Part shown: one piece after another, positions 49,600-58,217 of the stretch
Layout of the letters: each line of letters begins with the position of its first letter
Numbering within the stretch: the stretch's first letter is position 1
The notes under the pieces: generated by a model
What the model was told of the DNA's origin: nothing
Seen by the model: only the letters and a program-made list of their open reading frames with translations
The model's database searches: none
Origin: Thermoproteota archaeon
Lineage (GTDB): Archaea; Thermoproteota; Thermoprotei; Gearchaeales; Gearchaeaceae
Assembly: GCA_041640715.1 (NCBI GenBank)
Contig: JBEPZU010000003.1
Span: forward strand, 12,826 to 76,825
Length of the DNA: 64,000 nt
Direction of reading: 5' to 3'
Program-made: the position numbers and the translations under genes

Positions 49600-50325
49600 T
49601 TAAGAATTTTGTTTAATTATATTCATAAATTCAATCGCATCTTCAAACATGTAAATGTTATTGAAGAGGACGTATATTTCAGTAGCGCTCAATTTTTTTA
49701 TCATCCCATATAAACTCAAGAGGTCATCTTTGGTGTATTTGTAATTATACATTCTCTTCCCAGGAGGCGATCCATGCAATCGGAAATAAGCTATTTTAGA
49801 TTGAATCGCTGGGTTTGAAGCGAATGGATCAACACAATGTATTAAGTTGAATTTTTCGCATAGAGTTCTTATGTTTTCTATAGACCATCCTCTAAGCTCT
49901 ATAGCTATCTCTAAGTTATCTCTATCGATTTTAGAGAAGAAATTAAAAGCGTTTTTTATGTTTTTTTCATCATCCCTAAAGCTTGCGGGAAGTTGTAATA
50001 AACATATTTTAGCTTTTAATATTTTGCATATTTTCAACATTTCATTCCAAGAATCGAAAACTTCCTTAGTATCCTTGAGCTCACCGTAATTTTCGTTACT
50101 CTTGATTTTAGATCTCCTCCAAGTAGGACTCGTACTGGGATGCGTGATTCCTTGGAAACATTTTACTGTGAATTCAAAATCCTCAGGTGCTTCTTCTCTA
50201 AGTTTTTTAATCCTATCTTCATCAGGCAGATTATAAAAGGTTTCCTGAAGTTCTACCAACTTGAACTTTTGAAAATATATCTTTCTACTTCTTTGAAATC
50301 CGCAACAACCAACTTTTATATCCAC
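49600..50325 (-). CDS. DUF72 (YecE-like) family protein.
   Basis: 241 aa. VGCCGF, LVELQETFY, WR, FEFTVK and RLHG follow the DUF72 pattern. Confidence 0.65.
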   Translation of the reverse strand: MDIKVGCCGFQRSRKIYFQKFKLVELQETFYNLPDEDRIKKLREEAPEDFEFTVKCFQGITHPSTSPTWRRSKIKSNENYGELKDTKEVFDSWNEMLKICKILKAKICLLQLPASFRDDEKNIKNAFNFFSKIDRDNLEIAIELRGWSIENIRTLCEKFNLIHCVDPFASNPAIQSKIAYFRLHGSPPGKRMYNYKYTKDDLLSLYGMIKKLSATEIYVLFNNIYMFEDAIEFMNIIKQNS

Positions 50326-50372
50326 TAAAAATATAGTAAAAGATTTAAGTTTAATAATCTCTTACTTTCTTA

Positions 50373-50699
50373 GTGTTCGTCACAATTGAAGATCTGCAAA
50401 AAATAGATTTGCGTGTAGGTAAAGTTGTAGAAGCGAAGCGCGTAGAAAACACACAAAAACTGCTACTTCTCAAAATAAACATCGGAAATGAGGAAAGGAA
50501 CATTGTTGCCGGAATAGGAGATCAATACGAACCTGAATATCTTATAGGGAAGAATTTAATCGTGGTAGCAAATCTTAAGCCGAAAGTTATAAGGGGAATT
50601 GAGAGTCGGGGAATGATTCTTTGTGCAGTAGATGAAGAAGAAAATGTATTTCCTTTGACGACTATAGGAGAAGCAAAAGAAGGTTCTAAAGTTTATTAA
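50373..50699 (+). CDS. tRNA-binding protein (Trbp111/CsaA/EMAPII-like OB domain).
   Basis: 108 aa. LRVGKVVEAKRVENTQKLLLLKINIG...VAGI...LIGKNLIVVANLKP matches the tRNA-binding OB-fold signature. Confidence 0.8.
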   Translation: MFVTIEDLQKIDLRVGKVVEAKRVENTQKLLLLKINIGNEERNIVAGIGDQYEPEYLIGKNLIVVANLKPKVIRGIESRGMILCAVDEEENVFPLTTIGEAKEGSKVY

Positions 50700-50701
50700 T
50701 T

Positions 50702-51526
50702 ATGCTAGATTACTCTTTCTTAAAAGATCCTTTATTTTTAAAGAAATACGTCATAATCGAAGAAAACATTGCTAGAGAGCTCGAGAGATATAAAGATTCT
50801 CCCTATTACGATTCCTTAATTTACGCTCTTAAGGGTGGTAAGAGATTGAGACCTCTTTTATTATTGTTTTCTTCTGAATTCTTCCAAGAACCTCGTAAAG
50901 AGCCTTATTCAGCTGCTGTTTTGGTAGAACTTTTGCATACTGTCTCTCTAATTCATGATGACATAATAGATAAAGAAGAGACTAGAAGAGGAGTAGAAAG
51001 TTATTATCTCAAATTCGGAGAAGAACAAGCCATATTAGTAGCCGATTTCGTTTTGGGCATAGTCTTAGATCTTGCGCTGAGATATACCGATACAGAGATA
51101 CCTCATCTAGTTTCAAATACAGTCTTTAAGATGAGCGAGGGTCAATTGCTAGAAATTAGGAGTGCAAATAAAGAAAAAATATCTTGGGATGAATATCTTA
51201 GGATAATCGAAGGGAAAACTGCATCGTTATTCAATTTTGCTACAACCGCAGGAGCTATTTTATCGACTGAAAATTCGTTATATATTAAGAAGATTTCAGA
51301 ATATGGTAGGAATCTAGGTATTTCCTATCAAATTTACGATGACTTAAGGGACTGGAGTAAAAAAGAATATGTACAGAAATTGTCCGTAAGCGATAAAGAA
51401 TCCTTCCTAAAAAAGAAGCTATATCATCATCTGAATTTGGCCTCTAAATCGCTTGAAGATTTTCCTCATAGTGAAGCCAAAGAAGCTTTGATGAGGTTCA
51501 TCGAGATAGTAGTAAAAGTGTCTTAG
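50702..51526 (+). CDS. Trans-polyprenyl diphosphate synthase (GGPP synthase-like).
   Basis: 274 aa. The FARM motif is LIHDDIIDKEETRRG and the SARM motif is IYDDLRD. Confidence 0.8.
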   Translation: MLDYSFLKDPLFLKKYVIIEENIARELERYKDSPYYDSLIYALKGGKRLRPLLLLFSSEFFQEPRKEPYSAAVLVELLHTVSLIHDDIIDKEETRRGVESYYLKFGEEQAILVADFVLGIVLDLALRYTDTEIPHLVSNTVFKMSEGQLLEIRSANKEKISWDEYLRIIEGKTASLFNFATTAGAILSTENSLYIKKISEYGRNLGISYQIYDDLRDWSKKEYVQKLSVSDKESFLKKKLYHHLNLASKSLEDFPHSEAKEALMRFIEIVVKVS

Positions 51527-51544
51527 ATTGTGTTTTTAACGTAG

Positions 51545-52840
51545 CTATTCTATTCCAAGTTTCTCTTTGTAAGCATCGAGATCCAGGAATCCATGCCCGC
51601 TTATGTTCATCAATATTATTTTTTCTTCTCCTTTTCTTTCAGCTTTTATAGCCTCATCTATGCATCCTCTCACTGCATAAGCTGATTCAGCTGCTACTAA
51701 CCATCCTTCAGTTTCTAGGAATATCTTAGCGGCTTCAAATACTGCTTTTTCATCGATAGGATAGTATGTAGCGTCGACTATACCTTCTTCTCTTAGGAGG
51801 CTTATTATAGGTGCTGCTGCATGATATCTCAATCCATCTCCCTTTATTTCTTTGAATTCAGATTTATGTCCCAAAGTATACATCTTAAGCAAAGGAGTTT
51901 GACCAGCCACATCGGCGAAATCGTATTCGTATTTTCCTTTTACTAAATTCGGTGCGGCCTCTGATTGAACTGCTAAGAACTTGCAATCCAGCTTTTTATA
52001 GAGTACTTCTCTTATGAAAGGTAATGCTATTCCTCCAAAGTTAGAACCTCCTCCTAAACAAGATATAACTAAATTAGGGAAAAGGTCTATTTTTTTAAAT
52101 TGCTCTAATGTCTCTAAACCTATTATAGTTTGATGTAAAAGTACGTGATTTAAAACCGAACCTAGCGCATAGGCGGCTTTTTCTTCCTGTGAGGCTACTT
52201 CTAAACCTTCTGATATTGCTAAGGCGAGAGATCCTGGATGGTCTGCCCTCATTTTAAGGTATTCTCTTCCTATTTTAGTCTTATCACTGGGCGAAGGATG
52301 GACTTCAGCACCATATAACTTCATGAGGATTCTTCTCTGTTTCTTCCATTCGTAAACATTCCTAACCCAAAAGATTTCGCATTTCAAACCAAGAAGATTG
52401 GTAGCGTAAGCTAATGCAGTACCCCATTGTCCTGCACCGGTTTCCGTTACCAATTTCTCCTTCCCTTCCTTTAGGGCATAATAGGCTTGAGCTAAAGCTG
52501 TGTTTAATTTATGAGAACCTGGAGGACTTAGATCTTCTCTTTTATAGAATATTTTCACTTTTTCCAATCCCAATTTTTTTTCCAATCTAATAGCTCTATA
52601 AAGAGGTCTTGGTCTTCCTACATGCAAATAGAGCTCTATCAGCTCATCTGGTATTTTTATCCATCTTTCTTCTGAGAATTCTTGTCTAAGGCATTCTTTT
52701 ATCATCACCCTTTCTAAGAATTTCATCCTGGAAATTCCATCCTCTGGCTCCTTTGGCTTAGGCAAAGGTTTTGGTAGATCGGGAATAATGTTATACCAAT
52801 ACTTAGGTATTTCATCATCTTTTAAAATTATTTTATTCAT
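51545..52840 (-). CDS. TrpB2-type tryptophan synthase beta-like PLP enzyme.
   Basis: 431 aa. GSHKLNTALAQAYYALKEGKEKLVTETGAGQWG and GGGSNFGGIALPF are present. Confidence 0.8.
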   Translation of the reverse strand: MNKIILKDDEIPKYWYNIIPDLPKPLPKPKEPEDGISRMKFLERVMIKECLRQEFSEERWIKIPDELIELYLHVGRPRPLYRAIRLEKKLGLEKVKIFYKREDLSPPGSHKLNTALAQAYYALKEGKEKLVTETGAGQWGTALAYATNLLGLKCEIFWVRNVYEWKKQRRILMKLYGAEVHPSPSDKTKIGREYLKMRADHPGSLALAISEGLEVASQEEKAAYALGSVLNHVLLHQTIIGLETLEQFKKIDLFPNLVISCLGGGSNFGGIALPFIREVLYKKLDCKFLAVQSEAAPNLVKGKYEYDFADVAGQTPLLKMYTLGHKSEFKEIKGDGLRYHAAAPIISLLREEGIVDATYYPIDEKAVFEAAKIFLETEGWLVAAESAYAVRGCIDEAIKAERKGEEKIILMNISGHGFLDLDAYKEKLGIE

Positions 52841-52891
52841 AAACTAACATTCTATAAAAAAATTTAAGCTTTTTAGAAATAATAACCTTAA

Positions 52892-55800
52892 ATGGGTAGG
52901 CTTATACTAGGCATTCTAATTCTAATCATATTCATCCTTTCCTTCAACTCAAGTTCAATTTCTAAGAATAGCAATGGAGAAGCACTTACTGATCATTTAT
53001 ACTTGAGAAATCTAGGTCCTGAAATCCTAAAGCAGTTAGAGGAGAACAATTTCAGTTATGAAGACTTAGCCACTGGTTTGAAGATAAAAGGAACCGTAAA
53101 AGATTATGAAAGAACTTTTGGTATCCCTATTCAATTTGAAGATGGTAAGATTTCCTATCCACCCAAAAGCGAACCAATCTCCTTGAACTTTATGAGCGAT
53201 GAAAATCCCTATGAACCTTTGGTAGATTATGCAGACCAAGGTCTCTCTCCAGATGTCTTGAAGAGAGCCTATGGTATAGATAGGCTTCATTCAGAAGGAT
53301 ATAAAGGCGAAGGGATTAGAATAGCTATCGTAGTAGCCTATGGGAGTCCTACTATAACTGATGATCTAAGGCAGTTTTCTATTCAATTTGGTCTTCCTGA
53401 AGCAAACTTAGAAATAATATATCCAAACGGAAATCCTAATGTAGAAAATGAGAAATGGGCATTGACCACGAACCTAGTTTTAGAATGGATTCACGCAATA
53501 GCCCCTCTTGCGACTAAATACTTAATCGTTGCTAAAGATTCAGGTTCCAGCTTAGAAGATGCTATGGTTTATTCATTCACTAAAGATTATGACATAATAG
53601 TCTTTCCCTTCGGTAAAAACGAGAGCAGCATGGATAGAGGAGTCATGAATTACCTGAGTTACAATATAAGGAATATCGCCAACAAAGGAACTGTAGTTAT
53701 AGCTCCTGTAGACGATTCAGGCAATAACTTGATCTTGTATCCTTCTTCTGATCCCTATGTCTTGAGCGTAGGAGGTACTATGCTATACTTAGATAACAAT
53801 GGGTACTATGCCTATGAGAAGTCTTGGGACAAGAGTTTTGGATCTAAAAGTGAAGTCTTCAAAAGACCTCCATGGCAAGAAGTAATAGGGCTAGGAGAAA
53901 ATGACGGTAGAGCTTTCCCTGATGTATCTATGGCAGCAAGCAACGGATTTAAGATTTTCTTCAGAGGTTCTTTGATCAATCTAAAGGGCAATGCAGCGGC
54001 TGCTTCTCATTTCGCATCTCTCTTAGCTCTCTCATTCCAGATAGCGAATAAAAGATTTGAGAATTTAGCTAGGATGCTTTATGAGATTTATTCCTCAAGT
54101 TTTTATTCGGGTTTATTCAACGATATAAAGCTAGGAGAGAGGACTGCAGAAGGATGGGATTACGCTACAGGAATAGGTTCTACTAAGGCTTATAATCTTG
54201 CTCATTTCATAGCTAAGGAATTTCTAACACTTTCTATAAACTATAGCGGTGCAAGCTATCCTCCTTATTTTTTAATCGATAACCAAGCTTATCCTACGCC
54301 CATAAAGCTCAATCTGATGAGGAACTTTACTCATAGATTAGAAGCTCAAGAGTATTTGTATGAAAGCGGATTGAAGAGATATGCCTTTAAAGCTTGGAAT
54401 GGAAGTTTAGAAAGTAACCAAAGAGTTCTGTTCATTCCGATCGTTAAAAATTATGAATTAACAATAGAGTATAAGGTTCAGTATAACGTAATCGTCAATT
54501 CTAACTATAGTATCGTCACTGGTGCAGGATGGTATGACCAAGGCTCTATCATCACTATAAGCTTGGATAACACGATTAGTTATATCTCTAATTATACAAG
54601 AGCCATATTCTTAGGTTGGGAAGGGATAGGCTTGAATAGTTACAGCGGAACTTCCAAAAACTTCTCTTTAAGAGTAGATAGTTGGGTTATTGAAAATGCA
54701 ATCTGGAAAATTCAACATTTCGTTCAGGTAATATCAGATTTCTTCGGGAATAGTAGCGGTTGGTACGATGAAAAATCAAGATTTAATTTCACCATAGAAG
54801 ACCCTTATTACGTATCAGATGAGGAAAGATACATTGTGAAAAAATGGCTTGTTCTGCTCAATAATACAAATGCCTTTTACTTGGAGGGCAATGGGATAAG
54901 CCTTGAAGTCAATGCTCCTATGACAATAAAGCCTATTTTCATTAGGCAATTCAAGTTATCTTTCAGTTCTAATATTCCATTGGAGAAATTAAAAGGTTCG
55001 CTTTGGTATGATGAGAATTCTATAGCTCATTTCTATACTGAGTTATTTCTCTATGAAACTTCCAATAGAACAAGATACGTATTTTTATCCCTTTCCTTAG
55101 ACGGCGAAACTTTGAATACGAACGAGTTATACATCAAAATGGACAGGCCTCATCATATAGAAACAAATTATAAGGTTCAGCATTATATCTCAGTTCAAAG
55201 TCCTTTCTACACAATCTTTGGTGCAGGATGGTATGACCAAGGCTCTATCGTCACGATAAGCTTAAGCTATACAGAATATTACATAAACAACTCCACTAGG
55301 TATTATTTTAAGAATTTCAACGTAAGCGAATATTTGGACTTCAAAAGAAGCGATATAGCAATGTTGAAGATCAAGGTAGAGAAGCCTTTGCACATAGTTG
55401 CCAATTGGGTATTGCAATATTACGTATATTTGCATAACAGGTACGGCAATGCAATAGGTTCAGGTTGGTATGATGCTGGTTCAATAGCTGCTATTTCCGT
55501 AGAGCCAAGCTATATGCCTCTATCAGAGAAATCCAGATTGGCTTTCACCCATTGGTTAATAGATGACCAAGAATATTATGGTGCATTTGTGATCGTTGAT
55601 AAACCTCTTAGAGCGGAGGCTGTTTATTCTCTTCAATATCTAGTCAATATCGATCTCAGAAACATGAAAGACGAAAGAATCGCAGGTAATATTATCTTAG
55701 AATTTCTAGATCCGAGATTGAGAGTCTACTATTTTAATAATACTTCTGTTTGGCTAATAGGAAACGTATACTGGAAACTAAATAAAGTCATTTTGGAAGG

Positions 55801-56188
55801 AAGAAGCTTTAAAGTAGAAAACGTCAGCTTTTTCGTGAATTCTCCTTTGGATTTGAAGGTTAAATTAAATATAATTGATTTAGAGATCTTTGTGAGAAGC
55901 TTATTCGGTTTGCCCATTAAAGACTTCGAGATCGAGGTCAATGCTTCGAATTACGTCTTTAGGGTTTCTACAGATGCTGAAGGTAGGGCTTTAGTGAAGT
56001 ATGTGGATCCCGGTCAAACTAAGCTTCGTTATAAGACTATTTTAGGTTATGTAGAAGAAGGGATTGGAGAAAGCGATAATAAAGTCATTACAATTTTTTC
56101 ATTTTACCCTGATTTCTTCGTATTCTTGCTTATTGCTTTGCTAGGTTTCATGCTTTTCTTAGTTAGAAAATTGCAGAAATGGATTTAA
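52892..56188 (+). CDS. Secreted, C-terminally membrane-anchored sedolisin (S53)-like protein with four internal repeats; possibly catalytically inactive.
   Basis: 1098 aa. An N-terminal signal-like helix is followed by a prokumamolisin-like region and an S53 signature (GEGIRIAIVVAYGSPTITDDLRQFSIQFGLP ... DDSGNN ... SVGGT). Four ~75-100 aa repeats with G-x-GWYD follow. The C-terminal TM is LLIALLGFMLFLV, and there are about 18 N-x-S/T sequons. Confidence 0.65.
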   Translation: MGRLILGILILIIFILSFNSSSISKNSNGEALTDHLYLRNLGPEILKQLEENNFSYEDLATGLKIKGTVKDYERTFGIPIQFEDGKISYPPKSEPISLNFMSDENPYEPLVDYADQGLSPDVLKRAYGIDRLHSEGYKGEGIRIAIVVAYGSPTITDDLRQFSIQFGLPEANLEIIYPNGNPNVENEKWALTTNLVLEWIHAIAPLATKYLIVAKDSGSSLEDAMVYSFTKDYDIIVFPFGKNESSMDRGVMNYLSYNIRNIANKGTVVIAPVDDSGNNLILYPSSDPYVLSVGGTMLYLDNNGYYAYEKSWDKSFGSKSEVFKRPPWQEVIGLGENDGRAFPDVSMAASNGFKIFFRGSLINLKGNAAAASHFASLLALSFQIANKRFENLARMLYEIYSSSFYSGLFNDIKLGERTAEGWDYATGIGSTKAYNLAHFIAKEFLTLSINYSGASYPPYFLIDNQAYPTPIKLNLMRNFTHRLEAQEYLYESGLKRYAFKAWNGSLESNQRVLFIPIVKNYELTIEYKVQYNVIVNSNYSIVTGAGWYDQGSIITISLDNTISYISNYTRAIFLGWEGIGLNSYSGTSKNFSLRVDSWVIENAIWKIQHFVQVISDFFGNSSGWYDEKSRFNFTIEDPYYVSDEERYIVKKWLVLLNNTNAFYLEGNGISLEVNAPMTIKPIFIRQFKLSFSSNIPLEKLKGSLWYDENSIAHFYTELFLYETSNRTRYVFLSLSLDGETLNTNELYIKMDRPHHIETNYKVQHYISVQSPFYTIFGAGWYDQGSIVTISLSYTEYYINNSTRYYFKNFNVSEYLDFKRSDIAMLKIKVEKPLHIVANWVLQYYVYLHNRYGNAIGSGWYDAGSIAAISVEPSYMPLSEKSRLAFTHWLIDDQEYYGAFVIVDKPLRAEAVYSLQYLVNIDLRNMKDERIAGNIILEFLDPRLRVYYFNNTSVWLIGNVYWKLNKVILEGRSFKVENVSFFVNSPLDLKVKLNIIDLEIFVRSLFGLPIKDFEIEVNASNYVFRVSTDAEGRALVKYVDPGQTKLRYKTILGYVEEGIGESDNKVITIFSFYPDFFVFLLIALLGFMLFLVRKLQKWI
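54470..55560 (+). repeat. Intragenic tandem-repeat region (4 G-x-GWYD modules), including an exact 30-nt duplicate.
   Basis: ggtgcaggatggtatgaccaaggctctatc occurs identically at 54521..54550 and 55220..55249. The protein repeats are VQYNVIVNS..TGAGWYDQGSI, QHFVQV..NSSGWYDEKS, VQHYISV..FGAGWYDQGSI and LQYYVYL..IGSGWYDAGSI. Confidence 0.7.
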
Positions 56189-57471
56189 GCATAGATTATA
56201 TTAAACTCGAAACTGAGAACAAAAGTAAATTCATCCTCGAACCTTCTGCTGAGATTTGCATACCTTGTAGAGGAACACGTTATCTATGCGGTAGAAGTTA
56301 TTGTCCAATAATAGTTAGAACTATGAAAATGCTCAGGAGAATAGAACTGAGCAAAAGAATAATTGAAGGATCTTCGCCTCCAGCGGTTTTTGTAGGTAGA
56401 TTTGGTTATCCTAAGGTTAGTATAGGTTACTTGGTACCTCCTATAATAGGAGAAACAAGCCATTATGATCTTCCTGAATCGTGGAGTAATCTAAAGCTTG
56501 AAGATATATTGAACTTTCGTTTTTCCATGGTAAGAGGTTATAGAATAACTAATATCGAGGAGGCTAGGAATGAACCTAGTTGGCTTTTGAATCTGCAAGA
56601 AATAGCCGCCTCTAAACATCCAGTAGATATGGAGCTTAGACTAAAACGAATACCTTCGAAAAGCGTATTTCTCGATGAGATATCCCATCCCATGGGACCT
56701 TCTGCTATTCTTCAAGATCTTAGAATTTTCTCTGAAATCAAAATGGATGAGAAAATAGAGAAGGTTTATTATTCGAAAGACCTTAGCGCTAGAGAAGCGA
56801 TAATCAAACTTTACATGGAAGGAAAAGAGGTCTCCAAAATAGCCAAGGCATTAAGCGTTGGAATGTTAGGTTTTAAGAAAAGTAGAAAGCTTGTTCCTAC
56901 TAGATGGAGCATAACCGCTGTAGATGATACGATTTCAAAAGAATTGGTAGAGAGGATAAAATATTTCGAAACGATAGATAAGATCAGAGTTTATTTCAAA
57001 GAAAAGCATCTTAATAGGTTTGTCATAATAATGCTTCCTAATAAATGGTCTTACGAATGGATTGAATGTTGGTATCCGCATACTACTTGGAATTTGTACG
57101 GAAAGGAAGCAGAAGCTGAATCTGATTATGAAAGTTTCAAGGGAAAGAAAGAATATTCAAGTCTAGGCGGATGTTATTATGCAGTTAGATTAGCAGTCGC
57201 TGAAAGATTGAATCTAGAGAGAAGACAAGCTACGGTATTAGCGATAAGGGAAATATTGCCGGGATTCATCACATCCATCGGCGTTTGGTTCGTTAGAGAA
57301 AGCATTAGAGAAGTCTTAAAGGAGAAGTTTTTGGTTTTTGAAGACATTAAAGACGCTTTGGAGTATTCCTTTTCAAAACTTTTAATAAATAAGAATAAAA
57401 TAATAGAGAAGAGTAAAATTTTAAAAAATATATATTTTCAAACAAGAATTAAGGATTTCTTGATTAAATAA
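56179..57471 (+). CDS. nreA: NreA-like archaeal DNA repair protein (DUF650/DUF651).
   Basis: 430 aa. The N-terminus EICIPCRGTRYLCGRSYCPII and SPPAVFVGRFGYPKVSIG match the Nre N-domain pattern. It overlaps the end of the S53-like gene by 10 nt. Confidence 0.6.
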   Translation: MDLSIDYIKLETENKSKFILEPSAEICIPCRGTRYLCGRSYCPIIVRTMKMLRRIELSKRIIEGSSPPAVFVGRFGYPKVSIGYLVPPIIGETSHYDLPESWSNLKLEDILNFRFSMVRGYRITNIEEARNEPSWLLNLQEIAASKHPVDMELRLKRIPSKSVFLDEISHPMGPSAILQDLRIFSEIKMDEKIEKVYYSKDLSAREAIIKLYMEGKEVSKIAKALSVGMLGFKKSRKLVPTRWSITAVDDTISKELVERIKYFETIDKIRVYFKEKHLNRFVIIMLPNKWSYEWIECWYPHTTWNLYGKEAEAESDYESFKGKKEYSSLGGCYYAVRLAVAERLNLERRQATVLAIREILPGFITSIGVWFVRESIREVLKEKFLVFEDIKDALEYSFSKLLINKNKIIEKSKILKNIYFQTRIKDFLIK

Positions 57472-58144
57472 ATTTAATACTTAAATTCCATTTTCTTGTG
57501 TTTAACGATATATTCAAAATTGTTACTGTTATTGATTCTATTAAATCAGAAAGCCCAAGATCTCCTACATATAAAGGATTTAAGTGTTGATCTATATGTT
57601 TAGTGATCTCTAAGAATTTCTCTATTGAATTTTGATTATTAGCGCAATAAAGTAGGTCATAGTTTAGTATTGCATAGGGATCTGCCAATTTCTTAGCTGG
57701 TATGGTATGGAAAGAAGAAACAACCTTATTCGTATTTAAAATCTTACTAATTTCTTCAGCTGCAGATTTTGCTCCTGGTCTTATTAAAGAAGGGTTATAT
57801 ACGAATTTCCTATCCTGTTTAGAAACAGGGACTATAGGAGATATTATGACGGCTTCTTTATTAATTTCGCCTTTTATTTTCTCTAAGAATTCATAAACTG
57901 CATTTGGGGGTATGGATAATATTATTGCATCAGCTTCTTTTACAGCTTCCTCGTTTTTCATACCTTCTATTCTTCCTTTGACCTCATTTTGGTATGCAAG
58001 TATAGCTTTGCTAGCATATTCTTTAGCTTGGTTTATTGCTTTCTCCTTATCTCTAGAGCCTATAATCACGTCGTGGTATCTCGATAGCCTTATTGCTAAT
58101 CCTATACCCAGATCTCCTGTACCTCCTAATATTGCTATTTTCAT
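57464..58144 (-). CDS. NADP oxidoreductase, F420-dependent family (NpdG/Fno-like Rossmann protein).
   Basis: 226 aa. MKIAILGGTGDLGIGLAIRLSRYHDVIIGSRDKEKA is a near-textbook NpdG N-terminus. Confidence 0.6.
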   Translation of the reverse strand: MKIAILGGTGDLGIGLAIRLSRYHDVIIGSRDKEKAINQAKEYASKAILAYQNEVKGRIEGMKNEEAVKEADAIILSIPPNAVYEFLEKIKGEINKEAVIISPIVPVSKQDRKFVYNPSLIRPGAKSAAEEISKILNTNKVVSSFHTIPAKKLADPYAILNYDLLYCANNQNSIEKFLEITKHIDQHLNPLYVGDLGLSDLIESITVTILNISLNTRKWNLSIKFI

Positions 58145-58217
58145 GGTTTATATAACTGACAATTTCTTTTTTATTTTTTCGAAATGTTTATATAATTGTT
58201 TTTGGTTAGAAATTTTA

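Noticed and set aside
56179-56188. Possibility that the S53-like gene and nreA are one fused gene.
   Set aside because: The frames differ and a stop codon ends the protease ORF at 56188. They are treated as separate overlapping genes.
57912-58217. 102-codon N-terminal extension of the radical SAM ORF.
   Set aside because: It would overlap the convergent NpdG-like gene by ~230 nt and encodes a hydrophobic nonsense peptide. An internal ATG at 58218 gives a sensible N-terminus.
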